Part shown: in pieces, positions 23,511 to 36,021 of the stretch
How the letters are laid out: each line of letters begins with the position of its first letter
Position numbering within the stretch: the first letter of the stretch is position 1
NCBI GenBank assembly: GCA_000934665.2
Contig: JYFJ02002574.1
Location: 1 to 54,487, forward strand
DNA from: Catajapyx aquilonaris
Taxonomy: Eukaryota
Direction of reading: 5' to 3'
Length of the DNA stretch: 54,487 bases
The notes under the pieces: generated by a model
Databases searched by the model: none
What the model was told of the DNA's origin: nothing
The model's input: the letters and a program-made list of their open reading frames with translations, nothing else
Position numbers and translations under genes: made by a program

Positions 23511-24739
23511 AGGCCTACCATCGGGATACCAGATGAGAACTATACAGACTATCCCAAAATGCAAGACACACTTGTTATTACATTGAAAACAACTAGAAAT
23601 GATAGTGGACTCGGGAGCAGACGTGCCCATAATGAGCACAAATACGTTTCAATGGTTGTGGCCATCCAGTCCACCCACGTCCGTTTCCTTAAGAGTGGCC
23701 AGACGTCCTTCTTTAGGCTTTTGAACTCTGTCCTTCGTCTTGCGCCACCTCAAGAAGGACATCAATTTGTCATTTTAGGGGCCTGTATAAAAAGAATTGT
23801 ATACATTTTCGGACCTGCACTCCTCTACTTGGAACAGGGGAAAATTCAGGAACCATAACGACTTACGTATTTTTATATTTTTAAAATCTGCTCCGTCAAT
23901 ATTAACACCACTTATGACACCTAGCGAGAGTACATTCCGCCACCTCCGCTGAGCCCACTACCGGCAACACCATAATCAACAGCCACCAGTTGAAATATGG
24001 ACTTGTCATCTGATGAAGGGCACCTACTATCAACTGCTACCTTCCTATGTCAGCTGGTGCCTAATGCACTAAATGCAAAATACGATTCTTGAACTCCGTA
24101 ATAATTATCAAAGCATCAAGCTAATGACCAAAACAAGAGAACGCTATCTCGTCCTAGACCACCGCATTACCTTATTGCTTCACATAATGTTCCGATGCAT
24201 TATTTAGTAATGATGTCATAAGTATGATTGCGGTCAATTTTTATTGCATTCTGATCCTCGAATATCGACACCACCAGCCTCAAATGTACAACTGGAATTC
24301 TGCATTACTAACATAAATGTGACTGAAATAGTCCACCAAAGGGAGCATGTTCGTTTCATAGCCCTTGAAGACTTCATACCAGCAAAGGGAGAGATTGGTG
24401 AACTCAGGACATAACGTGCACTGTTTCTAATGTAGTAATGGGCCAAAGTGTCATGCACAGAATGGGAATGGAAGTAATTGCAACTGAAAGACACTTAACA
24501 CCTAAACAATCATTATAACTCGTACAATTGGCACAATGCAATTAATAGTTAATTTCATCTAAATTCTATTATTTTCGTGATTAATACGCAATAGGATAGG
24601 ATTGAATTGGATTAATATAGGAAGATAACTTGTACTCCTTTTGCCATAATCCATATACAACCATCTTTTGATTGCATTATTTTCCAGGCGAAGACAATAC
24701 CAGTCCAAAGCAACAGTGGAAAAAAGGACGAGCAAGGCT

Positions 24740-25300
24740 GGAACAAGTGAAGAATCAATGATTGCCTAAGGGGATACCTCTCATTCTCCGGGTATTTATG
24801 ACCTCGTCCGGATGCGAGACACTTGATTAGACAATGACATACCTCATGATATACGACATGCAGTAGCTTTACCATAGGTTGGATACTCCTTCCGGAAAAA
24901 TGTCCCCGGAAAGAGTTCCCTGTTGGTGGTGGGTGAGCTAGTAGCTTGCTGTAGCTACTGTACAGTGTGACTAAATGAAAGATTAGGTTCCAGGTTAAAA
25001 AGCCGGATGGCCGACAACATTAGTGACATAATCGGGAATTGCCTACGCCTGGAATATGTTGATTTGAGGCGTCCCAGCCGGCTCTTGAGATCGCGGGAAA
25101 AACGCAAATCCCTCCACCATGATGAAGATACCGTCTGGGAGCTGACCATTTGTCTCACACACAAACAGAGGAGATTTTACTACATGCCTACTGCACTTAA
25201 CATGAATTCTGAAGTTACAACTCAGAAGAAGATGATGGAGAAAATGGTGTCCTACCATAATAAGACACCCTGGCTAATTGACCAGGTCGGTCGCACTCAT
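24740..25300 (+). mobile_element. piggyBac transposase remnant
   Basis: EESMIA*G (DESMI.F.G-like), SLHHDED and MVSYHNKT..LIDQV (YNKTK.GVD..DQ-like), in order. Confidence 0.45.
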
Positions 25301-26284
25301 GGGCCAGTTGATCTAACAAGCAGCGAGCACACCGAGTAAGGTATAGAGAATGATATGTGGGCCAGCAGGCTAGCGCCGCCCGGATTATCGGACTCGATTA
25401 TTACGGAAGGGGTTCCTCCTCTCGACTTGTGAGTCGTCGGAAGCCCGGACTGGGGCAGAGTAGGTTCCGATTAGATAACACTTTGTGTACCTACTCTTTG
25501 TTTCCTTTTGTGATCGTTGGGAAGTAGAACCTAGCGTCACAAATCTAAGCAAATCCATAGGTAATTCCAAGCGTTGCAAAAAGTAACACCCATTTTTGTA
25601 TACCAATCATTTACCACCTAGAACCTAGAAATCCAGAAGTTCTAGTTCCGTCCACTCTTCAAATACAGTCAAAATTTTCGTATTGAATCCTTCACGGTCC
25701 TAGAAGATTACGGCAACTCACAACTTCCAATCGAAGAAACATTCTCACCTAGAAGGTTACCTTGGCTTGGCTTGGAACAGTTAGCAACGATGGCAGCTTA
25801 ATATATATCTTGTGGACAGATGGCAGTACTATAATACATATAAGACATATAACTATAACTAAGCATATAACTATAACTATAGGCTACATATCTATAATAG
25901 ATGGAGCTGGGTGTGTTGATGAGTTTTCGGACATAGGTTGCTGAATACGATATAATGATGAATAACAAAAAAATAGATGGCGCGTGAGGGTGCAGTACCG
26001 TCTGATCAATAACTATCAATCGATGGCGTTGTCCAGAGTGGTGACGTAGGTGGTCTTCTAGGTCGTCGTAGGTGGTATTCTTCTTCTCCTTCCAGGTAAC
26101 GTTCCAAGCCAAGCCAACCGTTCCGTTTACCTTGGCACATCCCTGGTTGTTCACAATCATTGTAGCCTACACAGTATAAGAGCCTCATCATTCATAGACA
26201 CAACGAGATGATCTCAGCCTATCACCCGTAGGCTGGTACCTTTGGACAACGACGTTTACTTCAAACAAGATGAAACAATGAAGG

Positions 26285-27045
26285 AAGACGTCTGTTCCAA
26301 ACTTTCGTCCCCTTCACAGAGAGGGCCAGCCCTAATCCCAATGGCATTTCTTTAATCCGGCTTTCGACATTCTGTACTTTTGGAAGCGACTGTCCAAGTT
26401 TGATTGGACGCCCACACCACATGCCTAATCCTACAAATGTAGAAAATGAGCAAGATCTGAAAACGTCATGGTGGGACTAACTATAAGCACGTTACCATCA
26501 ACCAGCATTTACAGTAGAATAAAATCCATTCTACTTGATGGGAACCCAGAAACTTCCCAACACCCTCTGCAGAACATCCTTGGGGTGATAAAAATACTAC
26601 TACATCTCCATGACTCGATCATGGGAACTCGAACAACGACAGTACGTAGGCCTACTCAGAAAAAAATGTAGTTTAAACAGATTACAGACAGGCACTAAAT
26701 AAGGCAACTACTCGTAGAACTTTGTCCAAAATTTGTGTATCTCCACCTATTTCAATTTTGGTTGGTGAGAATTGCAGTGTTCAGTGTTTTTGCCAAAACC
26801 ATACTATATTTGTCTACACTGTTTCACACCGTAAGCTTTGTTAACATACTCTTGTTCAGAAGTAAGACATTGCAGGAGTCAGGGCAATTAAAAGGACCCA
26901 AGAAAGATATGGTACCATGCCAAATGTTGAAAAGAGCAAAGAGCCTTCATCAAGACATCTCAAAGGTTATCTTAGTAAGTGCATTCAGATCGCTAGTAAA
27001 GTACACATGGCACATTCCTGGTGGCTCAGGTAACTCATGAGAGGG
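26285..27045 (-). pseudogene. Second decayed coding family, copy 2
   Basis: SWVLLIALTPAMSYF, WTKF...PYLVPVC, DVLQRVLGSFW, KYRMSKAG, VWNRR. One half matches 22730-23220, the other matches 31370-31735. Confidence 0.45.
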
Positions 27046-29714
27046 GTTAGGTTGGTGCAATTACTGTAGCATATTAAGATTGAGGTTAAGAAGGCATGTA
27101 ATTGCCATTAAAAGCCTTTTTTATTTTTACTGAGATCTTGCAGTGATTACAAATTTAGTGGCTCATTTGCATTTCAAGGACCTGTAATTCATCTGCATAA
27201 CTGCAGTGCCCTTAAGTGTATATCATCACATTTGTATTGATTTTTACCAGTAAGCGAAAGCCGAATTGGTGTTCTACACAGTGCAGTGGTGCCAACTTTT
27301 ATTGAAAGTCATTTTTCAACATCTATTATAACACTGATAACATGTTATGTGTCAACATATTGGTGTCACTTGGCCATTCCGTAATGTGAAAAAACTTTCC
27401 CTGAAACGTACCTATCGCCGGGAAAGTCAGGAAATGGACTTAAACTGCGACAAGTTGAATGAAGTGTAAGTTCTAACACCTGGATGTATCATGTCCATGC
27501 AAGGTCCTTTTGCTTGCGGGACATGCCACGGGTGACGGGAGATGTGACGAGAAGATAATGTGTTTTTAAACCAAGATTTCGCCTGAGAATGGCTGAACAT
27601 AATCTTGCAAAACGGCTGAAAAAGACGGCATAAAAGCTGAGGCGATGTGAGAACTATAGGATGTGACATACCCTGAGGAACATAAGATTGGCTCGGCCTA
27701 CCACTTGGTTGGCGTACTGTAAGGTATGTTCACTGGGTATAAGTGGCCCAATAGCAATGGAGTCAGATTCTTCCGGCCGCATGAAGACTGAAAGCATCTG
27801 AATTTCATTTACAGCAGCATGTGTACGTAGTAGGTCAGAAAGGTGCCGGTGAATATCCGTCCATCATAAATATCGTGAAACGTATCCAAAATATTGGCCA
27901 ACCAACCCAAAAGAAAGGACAAATGAAGACACTCGTCTAGAATAAATGTGACACATCTGGCAATACCTTCTCACCAAAAATGGCCACAGACACCTCTGGC
28001 ATCACAGTATTATGGCATTTGGTGTATGGTAATTAAAGTACAGAGTAGACTGGTAAACAAGTAACTCATTGACTTCCCATTTTCCCTTCAAATTTCCATC
28101 TTACCTCATTCCACGAACCCACGACACTAGGTGTGGCTTGGAGATAACGACTGTTATGTATATTATAAGATGCGGTTAACATTTTTGAGAAACAGTACAG
28201 TGCAAGCAAGCACCGGACTTCCCTTGCAAGCTAATTCAAGCACCTTGTTGTCAAGTGGAATACTGTGATTCTAACTTTGAGGAAAGAATCAGTGGTGCTC
28301 CCATGAAACCATCATTCAAACTCTAGTAATAAGACACCGCATGTGCAGGCGATGTTCATGCATCAGGGTACAGAGGTTAAGCTGGGGGGAAAAAAACCTT
28401 CACCCGATTTCAATTCGCTAGTTTAGTTACTTTTTTTTTGTACATCTCTCCACCATTCTCTAGACGAAAATCATTTTTCAAAACACTCCTTTTATCAAGA
28501 AGAAAAGGAAAAAGTCTTCATAGTTTCTGCCGATGGTAATGTTGACCTTGGATTTTCAACCAACGTTAACTGTCGTGTAGGTTCAAATAATTGAGGGTAA
28601 GGCTGTATTAAAAATGAATTTAATGTGATGTATATTTACACTGGTTCTCAAATAGTTACAATACACTGTTCTCTAAGTTATGGTTGTTTCCGAAGTTCAC
28701 AAGTTAATGCCAATTAACAATTACGTTGTCTCAGCAAAGGCCTGGCCAATGCCAGCCTCACGGGTTAAATCTGAGCAGCTACATTCCCAATCGTGAGCCC
28801 TAGCCCGCGCCCAGGAACTCTCTAGTCCTGTGCAGAAGTTACTCTTATATACTGGGCTGTGCATGACAATATGAGGAAACCCTCCTATTGCACAAGCAAA
28901 GTCAGCATGTTTTTGCCCAATGTGGCAAGACTAATACTCGTGTGGCTCATCAAGATATGGATTGCCAAATCCACTTGTAACAGTAATAAGTAAATGCTTC
29001 GCCGTTTTGCACTTATCACCAGCTATATTTTGTGTTGTAAAAATAGGGAGTTCAACGGAAAAGGGTATTAAGTTCAATTTTTTGATACCTTAGGTTAGGT
29101 TAGCTTCCATTTCTTGCGCTCATTTTGCATTGCTTGCTGAAGGTGTTGGAGCTAGAAGCCGACGAACCTAAAAACCACAGGAGGACGTGCATGTTATACC
29201 TCACGATATTGACTTGCATTCCATACGCAGGACCTGGACTAATGGTCCCGAACAGTGCGCATAATGTGCGAAACCGCGAAATTCCTGTTCAAAATTCCAA
29301 TGAGGCAACCTTGCTTGTATTATGCGGTACCATCCGAAGCATATCGGAAGGATGTAAAGTTCGGGAAATTTCATTTTTCTGTCGTGAAATTGCTGAGAGA
29401 GGACAACTGTTACAGTCGTTGCCTCTCCTAACGTTTACACTGTGGATTACCCCTAACAAATTACTCAGGTGACTGTGATTGCATAATTATTACATTTTCC
29501 AGACTAATTCAAATGGTAGGAACGATCGCAACCAGCTTGTGAAAAACAAAATGAAGCTCACATCTCAGATAAAAACCCAAAGCTGCGGAGGTGCACAATC
29601 TGGGGACCTGTGAACACGGCAAGGGCAAGCGTCCCATTTAACAATCACTTACGTAGGTATGCCACATAATTATATGCATATGCAACTACCTTTCTACGAC
29701 ACCGAAGATACCCG

Positions 29715-29860
29715 CAAACGTCTGTTCCAAACTTCCGTCAGCTGGACCATCCAAGTGTGATTCCTATCGAAGCAGATCTACTGAATCCGGCTTTTGACAC
29801 TCAATATTTCCAGATACTCTTTGGAAGCGACTATGCAAATTTGGATGGACACCATATGCT
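29715..29860 (-). pseudogene. Second decayed coding family, short copy 3
   Basis: Shares cgtctgttccaaact...tccagatactcttt.gaagcgactatgcaa with 22735-22890. Confidence 0.45.
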
Positions 29861-30489
29861 TTTTACCCTGCACCACCTGGGACGAAATGTGCTTCAAGCA
29901 ATGCCATTTCATACTTGTTGAACAGAATAATGTGACAGTTGAAGTGCCCGCCTCTCCCCGTATTCCCTTTTCCTTTGTTCTGGAAGATTGTCCAGTCGGG
30001 GTCCAGTGGGTCGTCCTGGTTGGAGACTCCAAAGATGGCAACTGATTCGATGCCCTTTTCAGGGAGAGTTGGGCAGAAGCGACTAAGGCGGGAGGACGCT
30101 TCGGAGCAGGCTCCTGCCGAGTGACCTCTTTGTGCGGTATGTATTAGTGTGTCCTTGCCAATAAACCAGTTGCACAGATGTGGCGTTGTGTTGTTTGAGT
30201 TAGGTCTTGAAGGAAACCTTTGACAGAAGGTCATAATAAGGAGGAGTAAAGTATGTCCTTGTTACATCTTTTACGCTAAAATTTTCACGCCTTCTCTGCA
30301 TCGAGGTAAAAATTCAACCAGACGCTGGGAGTACCTCTTCCTGAACACACCGGGGATTACGCTTCCTCCAATCCTGGTGCTGTTCCTTTCAACCCCACCT
30401 GCCCTACTTGCCTCTACTTGATAAAACTGAAGCTCGTCTTCAGGAAATGGAAAAAGCTGTGATTAGGAAGACAAAGGACCTGTTCACAG

Positions 30490-30805
30490 TTCTGAGTTGA
30501 TCATGGGGCGGAAGATCAGATGCACTCTCCCTTCCTTGTCCTCAACTCTTCTCCCCACTACTAGAGATGAAGTGAGTTTGCGCAAGAAAGAAGAGAAATT
30601 CCGCGAGAAGCAGATGGACTACGATCGCCGTCATGGGGTTCCTTCTCCAAACCTTCAGGTGAGTGACCCGATTCCAGAGGAGGTGTGTGACCAGACTCCA
30701 GAGGAGGTGAGACCTACACCGGACTCCTACACCTATCGGACTCGTTCTGGACAACTTGTGAGGCCTCCTGTCAGGATGGACTTATGCCCTCCAGAGAAGG
30801 GGGGA
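30490..30805 (+). mobile_element. Ty3/Gypsy integrase C-terminus followed by polypurine tract
   Basis: SELIMGRKIRCTLP...YDRRHG...TRSGQLVRPPVR, then PPT AGAGAAGGGGGGA ending at 30805. Confidence 0.85.
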
Positions 30806-30905
30806 TGTTGTATAGTTACTGTGTGTCCATAGTATTGATTAAACTTGTTAGATGACATTCCCAAAGCCTAGTCGAGTCTTTAGATAGCTACCTCCTAACA
30901 CAACA
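30806..30905 (+). repeat. Short (~100 bp) 3' LTR
   Basis: Starts TGTTGT immediately after the PPT and ends ACAACA (terminal inverted TG...CA); contains ATTAAA. Confidence 0.7.
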
Positions 30906-31023
30906 CACAATGACCCATAAGGACAGTTTTAAGGCGGTGTAGGGGCGTTCCCCTGGATTTCTCTAGCGAACAAACACACCCGCAAACATCCTCATTTATA
31001 GATATAGGCCTACCACCATAACA

Positions 31024-31052
31024 TACCCGGTCAACGCCGGGTAACCTGCTAG
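31024..31052 (+). mobile_element. Helitron 3' terminus
   Basis: Hairpin TACCCGG-tcaacg-CCGGGTA followed after 5 nt by CTAG and then T. Confidence 0.75.
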
Positions 31053-31369
31053 TGCCTAATATGAGCACCGACTGGTCAAAATATTGGCCATGTCAAATCG
31101 TAGGAATTCAACGCTTCAGGACGACATCTTACCTAGCTAACAAAACAAACTAACATTGCCATGGACACATTGGATGAAGGCAACAGTAAAGCCGGGAGGC
31201 CCTGCCGAAATAAACTTTTCCCGGGTGTCAGAAGGACAGAGCATTATCCAGAGCATGGCAGCTTGAATATATTTTTGACCCAAAAAGGCAAAATTGTAGA
31301 AGTGAAACTACAAATCAACAGCAATTGGGCGAGGTGAAGCTATCCATGTGTTGACAAGTAAAAATACGA

Positions 31370-31735
31370 AGAGCTACTAAATAAGTTTACTAGACCTTTT
31401 TCCAAGTCATAGGTATGCATAATTTGGGTACCTACAATATTTCTCTCTCTCGATTGGTCAGCATCGCAGTGTTCAGTGTTTTTGCCACCACCATACCGTT
31501 CAAATTGATCTAGACTGTTTTACACACTGTAAGCTTGTTAACAAACTCTGTCTCGAAGTAAGACATTGCAGGGGTCAGGAAATTTAAAAGGACCCAAGAA
31601 ACATGTTGCCAAAGATTGGAAAGAGCAAAGAGCTTTTAACAAGATATCTCAAAGGTATCTTAGTTAGTGCATTCAGATAGCTAGTAAAATTTTCATGGCA
31701 CATTTCATGTTGGCTCCATTAACTCATCAAAGGGG
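31370..31735 (-). pseudogene. Second decayed coding family, copy 4
   Basis: Co-linear with 26695-27045 (gcagtgttcagtgtttttgcca...gaagtaagacattgcagg...gtgcattcagat); peptide SWVLLNFLTPAMSYF. Confidence 0.45.
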
Positions 31736-32189
31736 TGCTACGCTACGAAACATGTTGTTCTCATGAACAATAATAAGTAAACATTAGGTTGTTAGTTACG
31801 GTACAGTACGTAATCGCTACTATCACAAACCAGTGGTAGTATTACACTAATAAAATTAACCTTCAAATGACCATGATAAATGTGTCTGGATTTAAACATC
31901 TGCTGCTACTGCCCATTCTTTAAGAAGTCACTGCTGCTTTAAACCCCACGTATTTTGGCTCACCTCCGGACGGTCACAAAGCATTCAGCATTATAGTTAT
32001 TGTATTATATGAAGTCACCTAGCGACTGCCCATGGATAATGATATATTCATTAGCCATCTTCCCCGTCCCCCCACAAAGCATCCAGCACAGCCAATGCCC
32101 ACAAAGGGAATGATGAATTGACAACTGATAGCACATAACCATTGCATTTGACGACTTGTGTGGACAAAATGGCACAAAATGGTACAACA

Positions 32190-32620
32190 TGGCAAGAACC
32201 CATTCCAATAAGCACATTATGAGTTACAAGAGTTGTGATTGTAAGATTTCTGGACAGAAACTGCTGCAAGACATGGTTCACTGATAGTATGACAAGCCAA
32301 CATATTTAAGTTCTCTCATATGCAGCCCAGCAGTCATCAGCTCAGTTTTCCTGCTGGAACAGGAGTAACAAAACATAGAAAAATATCTAAATGAAAATAA
32401 AACACATCGTGTTTCAGCAGAGACTGCAATGGTACCACATACATAAGCCAACAGAAGACCAGACCTCTTCTGCAGCCCCACCATCTTTCTGGACCCAAAA
32501 TTTGGGCAAAAAAAAGAGCTGCCATAAACCATGTTCCACGACATAATCCGAATCACATTGTTTTTAAAATAATGAAAAACCTCTTTCGTAGCATCATTAG
32601 TTATCAAAATCAGGCTTGCA
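32190..32620 (-). pseudogene. Decayed glycoprotein-like copy (N-terminal third)
   Basis: HYFKNNVIRIMSWNMV...TELMTAGLHMRE; nucleotide homology to 13290-13670 and 21985-22230. Confidence 0.5.
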
Positions 32621-32830
32621 TCTAGTATGTGTAAGGACTGCCTGTAATTCAAATGAACCTTCATCACATGAAATTAGGATAGTACCTGAAGAGCTTTTGA
32701 GGATGGCTGCGCCCCCAGAATTCCTGAAATGTTGTCACAATGCAAGTTGACATGCTTCGACCAGTACAGGTAACACTAGGCCACAAGACCTAAGAATCTT
32801 TCAGTATCACGTGCACTTGACAGAAGGATT

Positions 32831-33067
32831 GAAAGAGCTTGGAATAGTAACATGGCGTGGTGCGTCAATATCGAGAGCCTCATACAATACATACCATACA
32901 GAATAAGAAGCACAAGAAAAAGATATTGGCCAATTATGGATGTTCTCGCATTAACCTATATTACTTGGCCAGTATCTTTTTCTTGTGCTTCTTATTCTGT
33001 ATGGTGTGTATTGTATGAGGCTCTCGATATTGAAGCACCATGCCATGTTACTATTTCAAGCTCTTTC
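32831..33067. repeat. Inverted duplication with ~103 bp arms and a 31 bp loop
   Basis: 32831-32933 is the reverse complement of 32965-33067 with few mismatches. Confidence 0.9.
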
Positions 33068-35419
33068 CCCAATGAGAAATATGCCATCCACTTTGCAAAT
33101 GAGCCAACACAAACACAAGCAGCATATACATATGGTTTCCCTTAAACCACACAGGGAAATACCATCTGCGTGTGGGTGGAATGGTATTCATATATCATAT
33201 CATCAACATTGCGCCGATGTAAGTCGCATGCAATCTCAAGGAAAATACAACAACTTCATTAGAAATCTGGGAAGCAAGCAGATCCTAATAATGGTGGATG
33301 ATGCCAACTTGCACCTGTGCAGTGTACTACTCAATACAGAACATGTGTGAATCAATGAGCAAGCCACACCCTTACATATCCACCATAATAACATCAACTC
33401 ACCAAGGTATTCTAAGCTTTAGTGCAAATTGCACAAAATTATGTGTAATTGTCTGAGTAACAGAGAGGTGTCATGCATTAATGCTACGTGTTCACCTATT
33501 GTATGACTTTAAGTTACGGACTGGCCTAGCCTGACAGGCCTAACAGTCCGGGGGCAACCAACAGTCAAAGTCCAGGTGGTCGAATCATACAGCCAGACAG
33601 CTGGGACACATGGTTCATCAATCAAGGCGATTTATATAAATCCTAGACAGAGTCCCAGTCCAAAAGCTATGTACAACATTAAACAAACAGAAAATAAAGT
33701 CCAAAAACCAACAAACGAAAAACCACTGTAGCACAACCCAACCCACTCTCCAACAGTCTAACCTAAAACCCACCATGCACACACTACACCCTGCATCAGG
33801 CGTTCATCACTGATAAACACATCAACTAGTCGACAAAAATTATTAAAAGGACCTTCCAAACTTCCCACTAAACTTTTATAAGTACATGGTCATCCCAACC
33901 CCTCTCTGATGGCTGCAATCCAAAGTCCACTCTGGGCTTCGATCACCGGTGGTAACCGACACATTTCTCATACAGGAAGTACATTCTGGAAGTGCTACTG
34001 CCAGCTGGTGAAGATGGGCTCACAAAAGAGAACCTTGAGGCAGCAGTACAACTAAGGTTCCACCAGAATAATTATTGTCTTATGGAAGTGCCACAACAGA
34101 ACTGATATAGTAGTAATCATTAGCATTACTTGCTAACTGAACCTAACCCCACATCACAATTTTACTTATTATCATGTAACACAATGCTAATTTTTAGAGT
34201 GAAAGTAAAACTCAACAGATAACGAACCTTCTTCTCACCTTGCAACATTTTAATGGTTTACTACTGTCAGAAGATAGCCTTGTAAACACCAAACCAAAAC
34301 GGCCTACGCCCAATCAGCATTGCCAACCATCCGCTTGGAACGCATTGTCAATAACGCAATGGACAAGAATCCTTTCTGAACACAATATTATGCTACAGTA
34401 AATTCTGTTCAAATTTTATTACCAATCTAATGCATCTCCTTGAACTTATTAGCCCAAAAGCCTCGGACAACAATGCCGGTGCCGATTGTCACATATGGAA
34501 CATTTCTACCTATCAGGGCAGGCCTGTTCAGAATCATCCAACTATTCCTAGCTCCATGACGCTCGCAACATATCAAGGACAGCTACATGCCCTATACAAA
34601 GAACAGAAAGGCCAGAATCCCTCTTTACAACTTTTGGCATGCCCCAACTCTACCTTTCTAGCTTGGCCAACTACAATTATTTTGGCACAGATATGGTGTA
34701 CCTGCAGTGCATAACTTTTGGCATGTTACGCAGCATATGACATGAATTTAATTGCAATATTACCAATATTAACGCAGTTATACCAGTGATTACTTATACT
34801 ACTGGTTATACCCAGGTTATACTATACCAAACAAAAAAAAAGAGACCGTGGCCGCATTCAGGACCTGAACGATATAGTGAAGGAAGTGCACAATGTGGAC
34901 TATGACGACCAAAGGTGGAATATCGAGCCTTACGTCTCTGGCCTAACCATCAACCCGGTCCTCTTCTTCCCTAACAATTATTGAGCCGTAAACAGAAAGA
35001 GTAACAGTCAAACAGCAGAGAGAAAAAAGAGGCTCCAAACTTCGCCAAAGAGGAATCGAGAAGCTTCGATTCTAGTAAAGGGGCCAGCTTCTAAGTGACG
35101 TCACGGGGAAGACTCGCTCTCAAGCTCAAGTATAGGCCGCTTATTCTATGACGTCACGAGCTGATGACGTCACACGGACATTTCGATACCGTACTGTACT
35201 GTATTTTGGCATAATTTTTTTTCGCGATAAATCCGTTCAATTGGGATCGCAATTTGCGTAAAACATGCAAAACGTTAAAAAAAAATCGCACATGTGTCTC
35301 ATAGTATCCTGAAGGCCCATCACCAACATTGATTACGTGACCCAAAGAGCATTGATTCGGTAGGGTTTGAGTTAGGCTAAGGATGTTGCGAATTGCGATG
35401 GACATACATTGACCCATGG

Positions 35420-35500
35420 ATACGACGTTGACCAGTTGCTGTAGAGTCTTGGTGAACCACTTTCGACGGAGGAATTGGATGAACTGGCTGTGCAACTTCA
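35420..35500 (+). mobile_element. pogo/Tigger acidic C-terminal fragment
   Basis: DVDQLL*SLGEPLSTEELDEL resembles DVEELLESHGEELTNEDL.EL. Confidence 0.5.
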
Positions 35501-36021
35501 ACAACATGAGGACGACAACCAGAGCAAGTGGAAACATTGAAAACATGGAAACATTTCTTGCCAAAAATTCGTAGTGGATTTTGATGAACTCAACCATGAC
35601 AATCTTCATCGAGAGACTCGCCATGGTACCCAAATTCCTTAACGAACATTCAAAAGATTTTGTCCTTGCGATTAGCTAACATACAGTAAGACATGTCATT
35701 GCAGCTCCCACCGTCATCACAATGCAAACAAATCATTTCGGCAACGTGACGCTGGACAAAAAATGTAACAAGTATTTTAAAACCCACAGAAAGGTATAGG
35801 AAAGACAGAAATCTCATGGCAGGGCTCAGTGGCAGGGCATGGCAAAAGTGAAGATGGCATGTCCCTCGCCAGCAGCGCCCTTTAACAGTGGTGCACACAG
35901 TAGCGGATCGTGATAGCTGCTCCAGGCCAACTATTTTAATCACGGCATCTGTGCCAATACACAACAATCCATTAAATAGCAAGAATACACACATTGCAAT
36001 TTGATTTTTAGGCTAGGCTAC

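Noticed and set aside
33540..34680. RTE-like (LYDSTTWTLT) and CR1-like RT fragments on the minus strand
   Set aside because: The motif matches are too short and degenerate to list as supported features without a search.
35154..35633. 159 aa hydrophobic minus-strand ORF as a membrane protein
   Set aside because: It is largely the antisense of an acidic pogo/Tigger C-terminal relic on the + strand.
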